Origin: Thermoanaerobaculia bacterium
Lineage (GTDB): Bacteria > Acidobacteriota > Thermoanaerobaculia > Multivoradales > Multivoraceae
Length of the DNA stretch: 64,000 bases
NCBI GenBank assembly: GCA_963666565.1
Contig: OY762911.1
Location: 1,472,001-1,536,000, forward strand
Direction: 5' to 3'
Shown: positions 54,496 to 64,000 of the stretch, in pieces
Numbering within the stretch: position 1 is the first letter of the stretch
How the letters are laid out: each line of letters starts with the position of its first letter
Notes under the pieces: generated by a model
What the model saw: only the letters and a program-made list of their open reading frames with translations
What the model was told of the DNA's origin: nothing
Databases searched by the model: none
Position numbers and translations under genes: made by a program

Positions 54496-57342
54496 ATGTC
54501 GAGCGCGAAGTCGAAGGCGCGGCGCCGCCTGGCTGGCCGGGTCGCGCTCTACGGAGCGTTGCTCGCGGCGCTCGCGTTCGCCGTCGCATTCAACCGGCGG
54601 ACGACGCCGGCGCCGGCCTTCGACACGAGCTGGAACGAGGTCGACTGGGAGGCGGATGAAGACGTCCGCCGGCTCCGGGACCTCGTCCGGATCGACACGA
54701 CGGCGGCCACCGGGCGGGAGATCGATGCCGCGCGCTACCTTGCCGGCATCCTGGAGGAAGCGGGAATCCCGGTCGAGATCGAGCCTCTGGAGGGCGCGAA
54801 GGCGAACCTGTGGGCGATCCTCGAAGGCGAGAGCCGGGAGGCGCTGGTGCTCCACAACCACCTCGACGTCGATCCGGTGCGGCGGCCGGACGAGTGGGTC
54901 GCGCCGCCGTTCGAGGGGCGGATCGAACCGCCGTGGATGATCGGCCGCGGCGCGTTCGACATGAAGAGCGTGACGGCGGCCCAGCTCGCCGCGATGCTGG
55001 CGGCGAAGGAGCGGATGGACGCGACCGGCCTGCTGCCGGAGCGGTCGCTGATCTTCCTCGCCACCAGCAGCGAGGAGACCGGCAGCGGTCCGGGGACGCG
55101 CCGCATCCTGAGCGAACGGCCCGAACTTGCCGAGCGCTTCTGGGCGGTGCTGACCGAGGGCGGCGTGCTGGAGGCGACCTGGACGAACGAAGTCAAGTAC
55201 TGGGGCACCTCGTTCGCCCAGAAGCAGTTCCTGGAGGCGACCGCCGCCGCGCCGACGGCCGAGCGGCTGGAGCGGCTCCGCACCGACCTGCTGGCCGCGC
55301 TGCTCGCCGCGAAGCCGGCGGCGGTCGTCCCCGAGGTTGCGGCGTTCGCGGCGGCGTACGGGCCGTCGCGCCAGCACCCGGACTACCGGGCGGCCCTCGC
55401 CGCGCCGGAGCGGGTGCTCGAAGAGCCCGAGCTGTTCGACGGCCTGCCGGACCTTCTCAAGGCGCTGTTCCGCAACGAGGCGCACCCGTTCTTCGTGGAG
55501 GCCGCGCCCGGCGGCGGGTACCGCCTGCGCATCGTCCTCCACGTGCTGCCGGGGCTGGACGCCGACGCGGTCGCCGCCGAGCTCCTGCCGGCCCGGATGC
55601 TGGAAGGCGTCGAGGTGCGGATCGACGACGTGCGGGGCGCCGCCCACGGGAGCTCCCTCGACCATCCGGCGTACCTGCGGCTGATCGACTCGCTGCGGCG
55701 GCGGACCGGCGTCGAGCCGGACCGGATCGGTCCCTACCTGTTGGCGCGCTACGCCAACGACGCCCGGTTCTTCCGGCGCCACGGCATCGCCGCGTACGGC
55801 TTCACGCCCTTTCGGTTCCTCTCCGTCGACTCGATGACCGTGGCGGGCCCGAACGAGAAGATCGCCCTGCCCGCCTTCGTGGAGGGCGTGGCGCTGTACC
55901 GGCAGGTCGTGCAGGACCTCGTGTACCCGGCGACTGCCGCCGCAGGCGGCCGGGAAAGGCGCCGCGAAGCGGCGGCGACTGCGTCCGCCTTCGCCGCCGC
56001 CGAACCGGTCGCCTGGCTTCGGACCTACCTCTCCTTCGACACGAGCAACCCGCCGGGCGGCGAGGCCGCCGCGATCGGGTACCTCGTCTCGTTGATCGAG
56101 CGCCACGACCCGGCGCGGGAGATCGAGGTGCGGGTGCTGACGAGCCCCGGCGGCCGGTCGAACCTGTACGCCCGCCTGCCCGCGAACGCTCCCGACGCGA
56201 AGGGCGGCGCCCTGGTTCTCCTGCACCACGTCGATGTCGTGCCGGCGGGAGCGGGCTGGCGCCTTCCCCCGTTCGGAGGGATCCTTCGCGACGGGAAGAT
56301 CTGGGGCCGCGGTGCGCTCGACGCGAAGAGCCTCGGCATCGCTCACCTGAACGCCATGCTGCATCTGTTGGAGAGCGGGGTGCCGCGACGTCGCGACCTG
56401 ATCTTCGTCGCCAGCGCGGACGAGGAGGCAGGCGGCGCCGAGGGTGCCGGCTGGCTGGTCGAGGAGCACTGGGAGCTGTTCGAGGGCGCCGAGGCGGTCC
56501 TGAACGAGGCCGGGGTCAACCGCATGGCCGGCGAGCGCCTCCTGTGGTGGGGCATCGAGACCGCCCAGAAGCAGGTGCTCTGGCTCCGCGCCACGGCCTC
56601 CGGCCGGGGCGGCCACGGTTCGGGATTCAACCCGGCCAGCCCCACCCACCGGCTGTTGCGGGCGCTCAACCGCGTGCTCGAACTGGAGCATCCGTGGCGG
56701 GTCACGGAGGCGGCGCACCAGGCGTACCGCGGTCTCGCGGCGTTCCATGGGGGGGAGTTCGCCGCGGTGTTCGACCAGCCGATCGAACTCGTGCAGGCCG
56801 AGCTGGACCGGCGCCTCCGGTTCGGAGGGCTGGACCGGGTGCTGATGCCCGGGATGGCGGCGAGCTTTCGCGACACGGTCCAGATCACCCGGTTCGACAA
56901 CGGCGCCGGCCCGGTCAACGTGGCGCCGGGCGAGGCGGCGGCGCTGATCGACGCCCGCCTGCTCCCGGACGCCGACGTCGAGGCGTTCCGCCGGCGGGTC
57001 GACACGGTGCTGGGCGCCGGCATCCACGTCGAGGAGCTCCTGCGCTCGGGTCCGAGTCCGGCGTCCAGCACGGAGAGCGACGTGTACCGCACTCTGGAGC
57101 GCGTGCTCGGCGCGCGGGCGCCGGTCGCGCCGGCCATGATCGCCGGCGCCACGGACTCGCGTTTCTTCCGCCGGCGCGGCGTGGACGCGTACGGCTTCTC
57201 TCCCTTCACGATTCCCGGCGAGGACGCGGCGGGGATCCACGGAATCGACGAGCGGATACCCGCCGACGACTTCCTTCGCGGCTGCGAGACGATGACGCGG
57301 GTCGCCGCCGCCATCGTCCAGGCCGGCGGCGGGGCGCCATGA
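54496..57342 (+). CDS. Tandem double-domain M20/M25/M40 metallopeptidase
   Basis: Two motif sets: HNHLDV/GRGAFDMK/SEE and HHVDVV/GRGALDAK/DEE/IHGIDE; N-terminal TM anchor. Confidence 0.88.
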   Translation: MSSAKSKARRRLAGRVALYGALLAALAFAVAFNRRTTPAPAFDTSWNEVDWEADEDVRRLRDLVRIDTTAATGREIDAARYLAGILEEAGIPVEIEPLEGAKANLWAILEGESREALVLHNHLDVDPVRRPDEWVAPPFEGRIEPPWMIGRGAFDMKSVTAAQLAAMLAAKERMDATGLLPERSLIFLATSSEETGSGPGTRRILSERPELAERFWAVLTEGGVLEATWTNEVKYWGTSFAQKQFLEATAAAPTAERLERLRTDLLAALLAAKPAAVVPEVAAFAAAYGPSRQHPDYRAALAAPERVLEEPELFDGLPDLLKALFRNEAHPFFVEAAPGGGYRLRIVLHVLPGLDADAVAAELLPARMLEGVEVRIDDVRGAAHGSSLDHPAYLRLIDSLRRRTGVEPDRIGPYLLARYANDARFFRRHGIAAYGFTPFRFLSVDSMTVAGPNEKIALPAFVEGVALYRQVVQDLVYPATAAAGGRERRREAAATASAFAAAEPVAWLRTYLSFDTSNPPGGEAAAIGYLVSLIERHDPAREIEVRVLTSPGGRSNLYARLPANAPDAKGGALVLLHHVDVVPAGAGWRLPPFGGILRDGKIWGRGALDAKSLGIAHLNAMLHLLESGVPRRRDLIFVASADEEAGGAEGAGWLVEEHWELFEGAEAVLNEAGVNRMAGERLLWWGIETAQKQVLWLRATASGRGGHGSGFNPASPTHRLLRALNRVLELEHPWRVTEAAHQAYRGLAAFHGGEFAAVFDQPIELVQAELDRRLRFGGLDRVLMPGMAASFRDTVQITRFDNGAGPVNVAPGEAAALIDARLLPDADVEAFRRRVDTVLGAGIHVEELLRSGPSPASSTESDVYRTLERVLGARAPVAPAMIAGATDSRFFRRRGVDAYGFSPFTIPGEDAAGIHGIDERIPADDFLRGCETMTRVAAAIVQAGGGAP

Positions 57343-58130
57343 CCTCCGAAGCCGCGCCGGCGCTGGTCGCCTTCGGAGCGGCGTACGCTGCGGTCGTGGG
57401 ATTGTGCGTCGGCAGCTTCCTGAACGTCGTAGCCCATCGGCTGCCGCGCGCGGAGTCGATCGTGCGGCCGCGGTCGCGCTGTCCGCGCTGCGGCGAGGGG
57501 ATCGCCGCCCGGGACAACGTGCCGGTGCTGAGCTACCTGCTGCTTCGGGGCCGCTGCCGGACCTGCGGCGAGGCGATCGCCTGGCGTTACCCGGCGGTCG
57601 AGGCCGGCAGCGGTCTTTTCTGGCTCGCCTCCTGGCTGGCGTTCGGCGCGACCTGGGACGGTCTGGCGGCCGCCGTGTTCTGCAGCCTGATGCTGGTGCT
57701 GGCGGTCATCGACGCGACCCACTTCCTGCTTCCGGATCCGCTGACGTACGGCGGCATCGGGCTCGGTCTGGCGGCTTCCTTCGCGGTGGGCTGGACGACC
57801 CCCGTCGACTCGCTGCTCGGCGCGGCGGCCGGGGCGGGCGCCCTCCTGCTCCTCATCGGGCTCTGGTACCTGCTTCGCCGGGTCCGGGGCATGGGGCTCG
57901 GCGACGTGAAGATGCTCGCCGCGGTGGGCGCCTTTCTCGGCGTCGGAGGAATGCTGCTGACGCTGTTCCTCGCGTCGCTCATCGGCGCGGCGGCGGGCCT
58001 CCTGTTCATGGTCCGCGGCCGGCTGGGCTGGAGCTCCAGGCTGCCGTTCGGCTTCTTCCTCGCGATCGGCGCCGTCGTGTCCCTGTTCTTCGGCGCCCGG
58101 CTGATCGCCGCCTACGCGGCCCTGCTGTAG
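57339..58130 (+). CDS. pilD: Prepilin peptidase / N-methyltransferase
   Basis: GSFLNVV, SRCPRC...CRTC, VID, GMGLGDVK, LPFGFFL. Confidence 0.93.
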   Translation: MTSEAAPALVAFGAAYAAVVGLCVGSFLNVVAHRLPRAESIVRPRSRCPRCGEGIAARDNVPVLSYLLLRGRCRTCGEAIAWRYPAVEAGSGLFWLASWLAFGATWDGLAAAVFCSLMLVLAVIDATHFLLPDPLTYGGIGLGLAASFAVGWTTPVDSLLGAAAGAGALLLLIGLWYLLRRVRGMGLGDVKMLAAVGAFLGVGGMLLTLFLASLIGAAAGLLFMVRGRLGWSSRLPFGFFLAIGAVVSLFFGARLIAAYAALL

Positions 58131-58152
58131 GAGGTCCCGCACCGGGCGCGCC

Positions 58153-58190
58153 GGGTGCGCGGGTCTTCTGACCCGCTGCCGCCGAAGGCG
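58153..58190 (+). repeat. REP-like hairpin with downstream hairpin
   Basis: GGGTGCGCGGGTCTTCTGACCCGC; downstream sequence resembles that after 10941. Confidence 0.88.
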
Positions 58191-58299
58191 ACGGAGAAAC
58201 GGGCCGGCCGCAGGCCGGCGCCACAGCCACGGCCCCTGCCGTAACCCACGGAGCCGAGCTCCACACCCGATCCTCACCCCCGTTTCCGTCCTTGTCTGT

Positions 58300-58740
58300 A
58301 TGAACAGAAGGATCCGTCACCCCGCCATCCCCCCGCTCTCGAACGCCGGCTTCAGCCTGGTCGAGGCGCTCGTCTCCCTCGCCCTGCTCGGGCTGACCGC
58401 GTCGACCGTCCTCGCGCTTGTCCTCCGCTCCGGGCTGAACAACCTGGAGGCGCGCCGGGCCGACGCGCTGGCGGCGATGGCGCGCTCGTCGCTCCGGGAC
58501 GCCGTCGCCGGGCGGGACCTCGACCAGGTCTGGTGTCCCTCCGCGGCGGCCTGGCGGGACGACTGCGCGGGCGAGGCGCCCCGGTTTCGGCGCGCCGTCC
58601 GCAGCGTCGTGACGCTTGAGCCGGCGGGTCCCGGGGGGTCGGTGGAAGTCGCCGAAGTGACGGTCGAGGTGACCGCGCTGCAGGCCGGCCGGGCGGCCGG
58701 CGAGAGAACGATTACCCTCGTCACCCTCCGTGTCCCATGA
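58300..58740 (+). CDS. Type IV minor pilin (PilV-like)
   Basis: Class III signal AG/FSLVEALVSL. Confidence 0.8.
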   Translation: MNRRIRHPAIPPLSNAGFSLVEALVSLALLGLTASTVLALVLRSGLNNLEARRADALAAMARSSLRDAVAGRDLDQVWCPSAAAWRDDCAGEAPRFRRAVRSVVTLEPAGPGGSVEVAEVTVEVTALQAGRAAGERTITLVTLRVP

Positions 58741-59729
58741 AGGTCCGCGCCGCCGGCTTCAGCCTGATCGAGACGCTCGTGGCCTTCGGGCTGACCGTCG
58801 TCGTGTCGGCGTTCGCGCTCTCGCTCTTCGGCCTCCACCAGCGGCTGGCGCGCGCGCAACTGGAGGACTCGTCGCTGCAGGAGGCTCAGCAAGCGGTCCA
58901 CCGGGAACTGCGGCAGACGTTGCGCGCCGCCGGTCGCGGCGGCCTCGGGCGGGCCGGTCCGGGCCAGGCGGCGCGCCCGGAACTCGCCGCGTTCGTCGAG
59001 AAGGACGTCGCGTCGGGCCATCCGGTCGGCGCCCGGACCGCCGCCGAGGGCACCGACGTGCTCGTCGTGCGCGGCGTGATCGACGGCCCCCTCTACTGGG
59101 TGGAGGACCACGCCTTCGACGCCGCCGCCGGCAGCGGCTGGGTCGAGGTGCGGGCCGAGGCCGCCGGGGGCGTTCCGCAGCCGCTCTCGGCGCTGCGGGA
59201 GGCCGGCGACGCCGGCGACGACGCCTTGCTCCTGGTCTCCGCCGGCGGGGTCCACGCGGTCGTTCCAATCACCGACTACAGCGCCAGCGGACGGGGACGA
59301 CGCCGCACGGCGCGCGTCTTCTTCCACGCCGACGCTTCGAGGGGACCGATCGCCGCCGCCTACCTGGGAATGTCGACCGGCGGCGGCTGGCCCGCCGGCC
59401 GCATGGGCGCGGTCGAGAGGGTCGGCGTGCTGGAGGAATGGCGGTTCTACGTCCGGCCCGCGGACCCGGGGGCCGGCCGCGGGCCGCAGCTCGCGATGGC
59501 CCGCTTCTACCCGGGCGCCGGGATCGCCTGGCGGCGGCGCAACTCGAACCTGGCGCAGCCGATCGCGGACGACATCGTCGACCTGGAGGTGGCCATCGAC
59601 GACGCGCCGGACGGCCGGGGACTCGTCGCCACCGTCGTCAGCACGGCCCGCGCTGGCGAGCCGGCCGTGGGAGCGCTGCGGCTGGAACGGCGGGCGACGT
59701 CCTCGGTCCGCCTGAGGAACGTCCAGTGA
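58737..59729 (+). CDS. Type IV minor pilin (PilW-like)
   Basis: AG/FSLIETLVAF; ELRQTLRAAG; IADDIVDL. Confidence 0.8.
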   Translation: MKVRAAGFSLIETLVAFGLTVVVSAFALSLFGLHQRLARAQLEDSSLQEAQQAVHRELRQTLRAAGRGGLGRAGPGQAARPELAAFVEKDVASGHPVGARTAAEGTDVLVVRGVIDGPLYWVEDHAFDAAAGSGWVEVRAEAAGGVPQPLSALREAGDAGDDALLLVSAGGVHAVVPITDYSASGRGRRRTARVFFHADASRGPIAAAYLGMSTGGGWPAGRMGAVERVGVLEEWRFYVRPADPGAGRGPQLAMARFYPGAGIAWRRRNSNLAQPIADDIVDLEVAIDDAPDGRGLVATVVSTARAGEPAVGALRLERRATSSVRLRNVQ

Positions 59730-61516
59730 GGCGCCCGGCGGCTGCCGAGGGCAGTTCGACCCTGCTGGTCACCCTCGTCCTGCTGCTCCTGAGCGGCGCC
59801 TGCCTGGCGCTGCTGATGGCGACCCAGACCCGGATGCTGATCGCGTCCCGGCAGAAGGTGCAGGTGCGGCTGCTGGCCGCCGCGGAGGGCGGCGTCGAAC
59901 TCGCCGCCGCGCGGGGCATCGCCGGCGCGGCCGATCCGTACGCGCGAGCGCTGGGCGCCACCGCGTCCGGCGCCGGGATCCTGGTGGAGACGTCGGGCTT
60001 CGTCCCGATGGCGAGCGGCGCCTGCGACCTGTGCATGGCGAACCTGGAGATCTCCTCCGGCGGGTTGAAGCGGGTCAGCCACGCCGTCTCCGCGTCGGCG
60101 AGCGCTCCGGGCCGCTCGGACGGTCTGCCGCCTCCCCGGCGCGCGGTGTCGGCGGTCGTCAACCTGATGCCGTGGCCGGCCGCCGGCCGCGACCGGTGGG
60201 ACCTCGCCGCGAGGCGGACGGCAGCGCGGCGGCTCATGGGCGGGGCCGGCCCGCCCGGGGCCGGCGCCGGCGGGAACGGCGTTCCCGTCGCGGTGGCGAC
60301 GATCGAGGGCGAGGACGGCGCCGCGGCACGGACGGTCGCGGTGGGCGGCGCCGGCAGCACGCTCCGTGCCGTCGAGGTGTCGCCGCGACCGGGGCCCCTC
60401 TGGACCTTCGTCGACGCGAGCGACGCCGACGGCAACGACGCGCCCGATCTCGGCCCGTCTCTGGCGCCGCCGGCGATCGCCGCGTTCCGCTTCAGTGGCG
60501 GCATCCGCGCCGTCGCGCTGTTCGGCGGCGGCCACGATCCCGGCGCCGAGGCCATGGTCGGCAACTGGCTCTACATGGTGGACATCGACACCGGACAGCT
60601 TCTCTACAAGAGCGAACTCGACGCACCGGCGACCGCGACGCCGGCCGTCGTGGACCTGACCGGCGACGGCGTGGCCGACCGGATCTACGCCGCCACGCTC
60701 GACGGCAGCCTGTATCGCCTCGACGTCTCGGCGCCGGCTGGGCTCGCCGGAGGCCGGGTCGCGTTCGGGCACTGGCCGCCCCTGCGCGTGTTCGAGACGG
60801 GCGGCCTGCCCATTCGCCATCCGCCGGCGTCCGTACCGGTGCCCGAGCTCGGCGTTCACGCCCTCGTCCTCGCCGCCGGCGGCGAGGGCGGCTCCGCCGC
60901 CGTCCCTGGGCCGCCGCCAACCGGTCCGGGACCGCCGCCCACCGGCCGCCTCGTCCTGCTCGTCGACCGGGGAGCGGGCCGGCTCCCGAGCATCGACCGG
61001 CTGCCCCGGCTCGACCCGGCGAACCCGGCGCTCGGCATCGACCGCCTGGCGCCGAATCTGCCACCGAGCGGACGGGGCTGGTCGCTGGAGCTCGCGGCAA
61101 GCGAACGTCCGGCGGCGCCGCCCCTCGTCTTCGGCGGCCTCGCGGTCCTCCTGACCTTCCGGCCGACCGGGGCCGGCCGGGGCGAGGCACGGATCTACTC
61201 GCTGTGGCTCGGCTCGGGAGACGCCGCGGACGGCGCCGCGCGATCCCGGACCGTCGCCAGCGACGCGCCGTGGCCGCCTCCCGCCGACTTCGGCTTGCCG
61301 GCCCGGATCGACGTCGACCATCCGGCCACCCTGGCCGCGCCCCTCCTCTCGCCCGCCGAAGACCGCATCCTCGAGGGTCTCCGCGCCCGGATGCCCGACC
61401 GCTGCCGCTTCGACGGCGTCCGGATTCGCTTCGCCGGAGTCGGACCGCACGGAGAACCGCTTCGCCTCGCCACGCTGCCGGTCTGTCGCATCGACCGCGA
61501 CTGGACCTTCCGGTGA
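59726..61516 (+). CDS. PilX-like pilin fused to a PilY1/PilC-like beta-propeller
   Basis: EG/STLLVTLVLLLL (no Glu5) and LAAAEGGVE; later FGGG, LYMVDIDTG, DLTGDGVADRIYAATLDGSLYRLD, GWSLEL. Confidence 0.7.
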   Translation: MRRPAAAEGSSTLLVTLVLLLLSGACLALLMATQTRMLIASRQKVQVRLLAAAEGGVELAAARGIAGAADPYARALGATASGAGILVETSGFVPMASGACDLCMANLEISSGGLKRVSHAVSASASAPGRSDGLPPPRRAVSAVVNLMPWPAAGRDRWDLAARRTAARRLMGGAGPPGAGAGGNGVPVAVATIEGEDGAAARTVAVGGAGSTLRAVEVSPRPGPLWTFVDASDADGNDAPDLGPSLAPPAIAAFRFSGGIRAVALFGGGHDPGAEAMVGNWLYMVDIDTGQLLYKSELDAPATATPAVVDLTGDGVADRIYAATLDGSLYRLDVSAPAGLAGGRVAFGHWPPLRVFETGGLPIRHPPASVPVPELGVHALVLAAGGEGGSAAVPGPPPTGPGPPPTGRLVLLVDRGAGRLPSIDRLPRLDPANPALGIDRLAPNLPPSGRGWSLELAASERPAAPPLVFGGLAVLLTFRPTGAGRGEARIYSLWLGSGDAADGAARSRTVASDAPWPPPADFGLPARIDVDHPATLAAPLLSPAEDRILEGLRARMPDRCRFDGVRIRFAGVGPHGEPLRLATLPVCRIDRDWTFR

Positions 61517-61565
61517 AGAGGGGGGCCGGGGCCAAACCTGTCGCAAGCCCCATGTCTGGCCTCGG

Positions 61566-61607
61566 GCACCGACCCCTCCCGACCCAAGACGGGCGGGTCC
61601 GTCCGAC
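61566..61607 (+). repeat. Single arm of the long-hairpin element (D subtype)
   Basis: Reverse complement CCCGCCCGTCTTGGGTCGGGAGGGGTCGGTGC nearly matches the left arm of copy D. Confidence 0.75.
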
Positions 61608-62945
61608 CTAGCAACGGACCTGCTCGACGGCGCGGGCGAGCGCCTCGTCGTCGGCCGGGTCCACCGTCCGCAGGTCGAGGTACAGGCGGCCGTCGCGCTG
61701 GTAGCCGACGACGGGCGGCTCGCCGGCGCGCAGCCTGGCGGCCGCGCCGGCCGGCAGGTCCAGGGCGAGCACCGTTCCCTCGATCGCTTCTTCCGGCGCC
61801 GAACCGCCGCCGACGTAGGCGTCGCCCCGGACCGCCTCGCCGCCGAGCCGGGCGGCCATCCCCTCGACCCGGCGGCGGTGCTCGCCGTCGTCGCGCCACA
61901 GGGCGTCGATCGGCATCGGCAGGTCCGCCAGGCGTCGCCGGAGCACCGCGTCGAGCGCGGCCAGGACCATCCTCCCCGGCCGGAAGGCCCGGTAGAGGGG
62001 CGACTTCCGGAGCCGGGCGACGAGTTCCTCCCGGCCCGCGAGCAGCCCCGCCTGCGGGCCGCCGAGGAGCTTGTCGCCGCTGCCGCAGACCAGGTCGCAA
62101 CCGGCCTCGATCAGGTCGCGGAAGCTCCGGTGGCCGCGCAGCGGCGCCGCCGCTTCGGGCCGCAGCATGCCGCTGCCCTCGTCGACGAGGAGCGGCAGGC
62201 CGCGGCGGCGGGCGAAGCCGGCGAGAGCCGCCGGCTCGACCTCCTCGACGAACCCCCGGATGCGGTAGTTGCTCGGGTACACCTTGAGCACCAGGGACAC
62301 GCCCGGACGGACCGCCCGCTCGTAGTCGGCCAGGCGGGTGCGGTTCGTCGTGCCGATCTCGATCAGGCGCGCGCCGCTCGCCTCCAGGATGTCCGGAATC
62401 CGGAACGAACCGCCGATCTCCACCAGTTCGCCGCGCGACAGCAGCACCTCCCGGCCGGCCGCCAGGGTGGAGAGGGCCAGCACCAGGGCGGCGGCGTTGT
62501 TGTTGACGACCAGCGCGGCCTCGGCGCCGGCGAGGGCCCGCGCCAGGTTCTCGACCCGCCGGCCGCGGTCGCCGCGGCGCCCGGTCTCGAGGCTCATCTC
62601 CAGGTCGCAGTAGGCGTCGAGCCGGTCCGGCAGGCCAGCGACGACTTCGCGGGGCAGCGGCGCCCTGCCCAGGTTGGTGTGGAGGAAGACGCCGGTCGCG
62701 TTGAGCACCCGCCGGAGCGGCGGCGCCTCCGCCTCCAGGCCGGCGCGGACCCGTTCGGGGATCCGGCGGATCGTCTCGGCCAGTTCGTCGTCGTCGATTC
62801 CGGCCCGGATCTCGCCCCGAACCGTATCGAGAATACGGGCCGCTTGGACCCTCAGCGCTTCCCTTCCGTATAATCCTGTGAGTTCGGCAAGCGGGCTTTC
62901 CTGCAGCAAGCGCCCTACTGCAGGCAGTCGTCGCAGTTGACTCAC
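61608..62945 (-). CDS. selA: L-seryl-tRNA(Sec) selenium transferase
   Basis: NATGVFLHTNLGRAPL, VNNNAAA, SRGELVEIGGSFRIPD, GTTNRT, SGDKLLGGPQAG. Confidence 0.95.
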   Translation of the reverse strand: MSQLRRLPAVGRLLQESPLAELTGLYGREALRVQAARILDTVRGEIRAGIDDDELAETIRRIPERVRAGLEAEAPPLRRVLNATGVFLHTNLGRAPLPREVVAGLPDRLDAYCDLEMSLETGRRGDRGRRVENLARALAGAEAALVVNNNAAALVLALSTLAAGREVLLSRGELVEIGGSFRIPDILEASGARLIEIGTTNRTRLADYERAVRPGVSLVLKVYPSNYRIRGFVEEVEPAALAGFARRRGLPLLVDEGSGMLRPEAAAPLRGHRSFRDLIEAGCDLVCGSGDKLLGGPQAGLLAGREELVARLRKSPLYRAFRPGRMVLAALDAVLRRRLADLPMPIDALWRDDGEHRRRVEGMAARLGGEAVRGDAYVGGGSAPEEAIEGTVLALDLPAGAAARLRAGEPPVVGYQRDGRLYLDLRTVDPADDEALARAVEQVRC

Positions 62946-62989
62946 GTCCTGCTCATCCTAGCCTCACCGGAGTCGCGCGAAAGAGAGTC

Positions 62990-64000
62990 ATGATTGCCAT
63001 GAAGACGATGTCGAGAGCGGCGGTGCTCGCCCTGGGTTGGTTGCTGGTCGGGTCGGGCCTGCCGTTCGGCGGCGTCCCGGACGGCGCGGCCCAGACGGTC
63101 GCCGCCGCGCCGTCGGAGGACCGGAACCTGGACCGGGCGATCGCCGCGCAGCGGAAGCGCGTGAGCGAACAGACGCGGCCGGCCGAGCGCGCCAGCGCGC
63201 TGAACGACCTGGCGAACCTGCTGGAACTGCGCGGGGACGTCGACGGCGCGTTCGAGCAGTACCGGGCGGCGCTCGCCGCGGACGGGCGCCTGGCGCCCGC
63301 GCACTACAACCTGGCGCTGCTCGCGTACGCGGCCGGCGACGGCGAACTGGCCACGGACCATCTCGAGACGGCGGTCGAGCTCGATCCCCGGAACGCCTGG
63401 GCGCACTACCAGCTCGGCCGGATCGCGGACGACGCCGGAGATGCCGCCACGGCGGTGGAGCACTACGTTCACGCCCTGAGCCTGGACACGCGTCTGGCGT
63501 TCGCCGACGTGAATCCGCACTTCACGGTCAACCGGCATGCCACCGAGGTGCTCCTCAAGGCGGATCGAAGCCGGGTCGAGGCGCTGCCGCCGCGCACCTA
63601 CTCGGAGCCGGGCCGCATCAGCGGCCTGCTGCTGCCGCCCATCGAGGAGACGGCCAAGGCTGCGGCCCCAGGAGCGGAAGAGGGCGTCGCGGCGGAGGCC
63701 GCGGCGCCGGCCGAGCCGGACCGGGACCGGCCCCGGCGGGCGACCCGGACGAACGGCGGCGAAGACGCGAGCGCCGAGGGCGTCAGGCGCGTCGTCCAGT
63801 CGCCGGGCACCCTGCCCGGGTCCTCGACGGCCGGCCGAGCTTCGGGCGGGACGCTCGACAGTTTGCCCCGCATGGAAGTGCTCCGGACGGAGTGGCAAAC
63901 GCCCGAGACGGCAGACCCGGACGCGGGAACCGGCGGCGCGGAGCGGGAGTCCGCCGACGCGCGCGCCGGCGAGCGGCCGCGGGTCTTCACCCGGGACCAT
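62990..64000 (+). CDS. Secreted tetratricopeptide-repeat protein, runs off the window
   Basis: Not in the ORF track. Manual translation: signal peptide, ALNDLANLL...AHYNLALL...AVELDPRNAWAHYQLG. Confidence 0.8.
   Translation, partial: MIAMKTMSRAAVLALGWLLVGSGLPFGGVPDGAAQTVAAAPSEDRNLDRAIAAQRKRVSEQTRPAERASALNDLANLLELRGDVDGAFEQYRAALAADGRLAPAHYNLALLAYAAGDGELATDHLETAVELDPRNAWAHYQLGRIADDAGDAATAVEHYVHALSLDTRLAFADVNPHFTVNRHATEVLLKADRSRVEALPPRTYSEPGRISGLLLPPIEETAKAAAPGAEEGVAAEAAAPAEPDRDRPRRATRTNGGEDASAEGVRRVVQSPGTLPGSSTAGRASGGTLDSLPRMEVLRTEWQTPETADPDAGTGGAERESADARAGERPRVFTRDH

Noticed and set aside
61608-62945. Selenoprotein or tRNA-Sec near selA
   Set aside because: No tRNA cloverleaf, selB or selD, and no in-frame TGA at a catalytic Cys was seen; TlpA has an ordinary CxxC.

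Overview
Very GC-rich bacterial chromosome segment with about 50 CDS and no rRNA, tRNA, CRISPR, integrase or transposase seen. The gene repertoire (Oar-like TonB receptor, amidohydrolase pairs, DUF4143 ATPase, sterol genes) suggests, by inference only, an Acidobacteriota, possibly a sponge symbiont. Main contents: hydrolases and lipoproteins; a sterol C24-methyltransferase plus Neverland/KshA-like Rieske oxygenase pair bracketed by REP-like repeats; ybdK/ggt followed by one 1318-aa ORF fusing an MFS permease to an outer-membrane TonB-receptor-like barrel through an internal signal peptide; ligD/ku; a stand-alone infC with an ATC start; an archaeal-style mevalonate operon (IDI-2, class I HMGR, MVK, decarboxylase, isopentenyl phosphate kinase, no PMK); a binding protein + HAMP-only membrane protein + OFA-type MFS trio; a double M20 peptidase; minor type IV pilins with a PilX-PilY1 fusion; and selA. 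Intergenic DNA holds two repeat families: a 24-nt REP-like hairpin (about 11 copies) and a 188-191-nt element (4 full, 2 partial copies) whose long terminal arms differ between copies yet stay self-complementary. All family calls come from motif recognition by eye; no database search was run.
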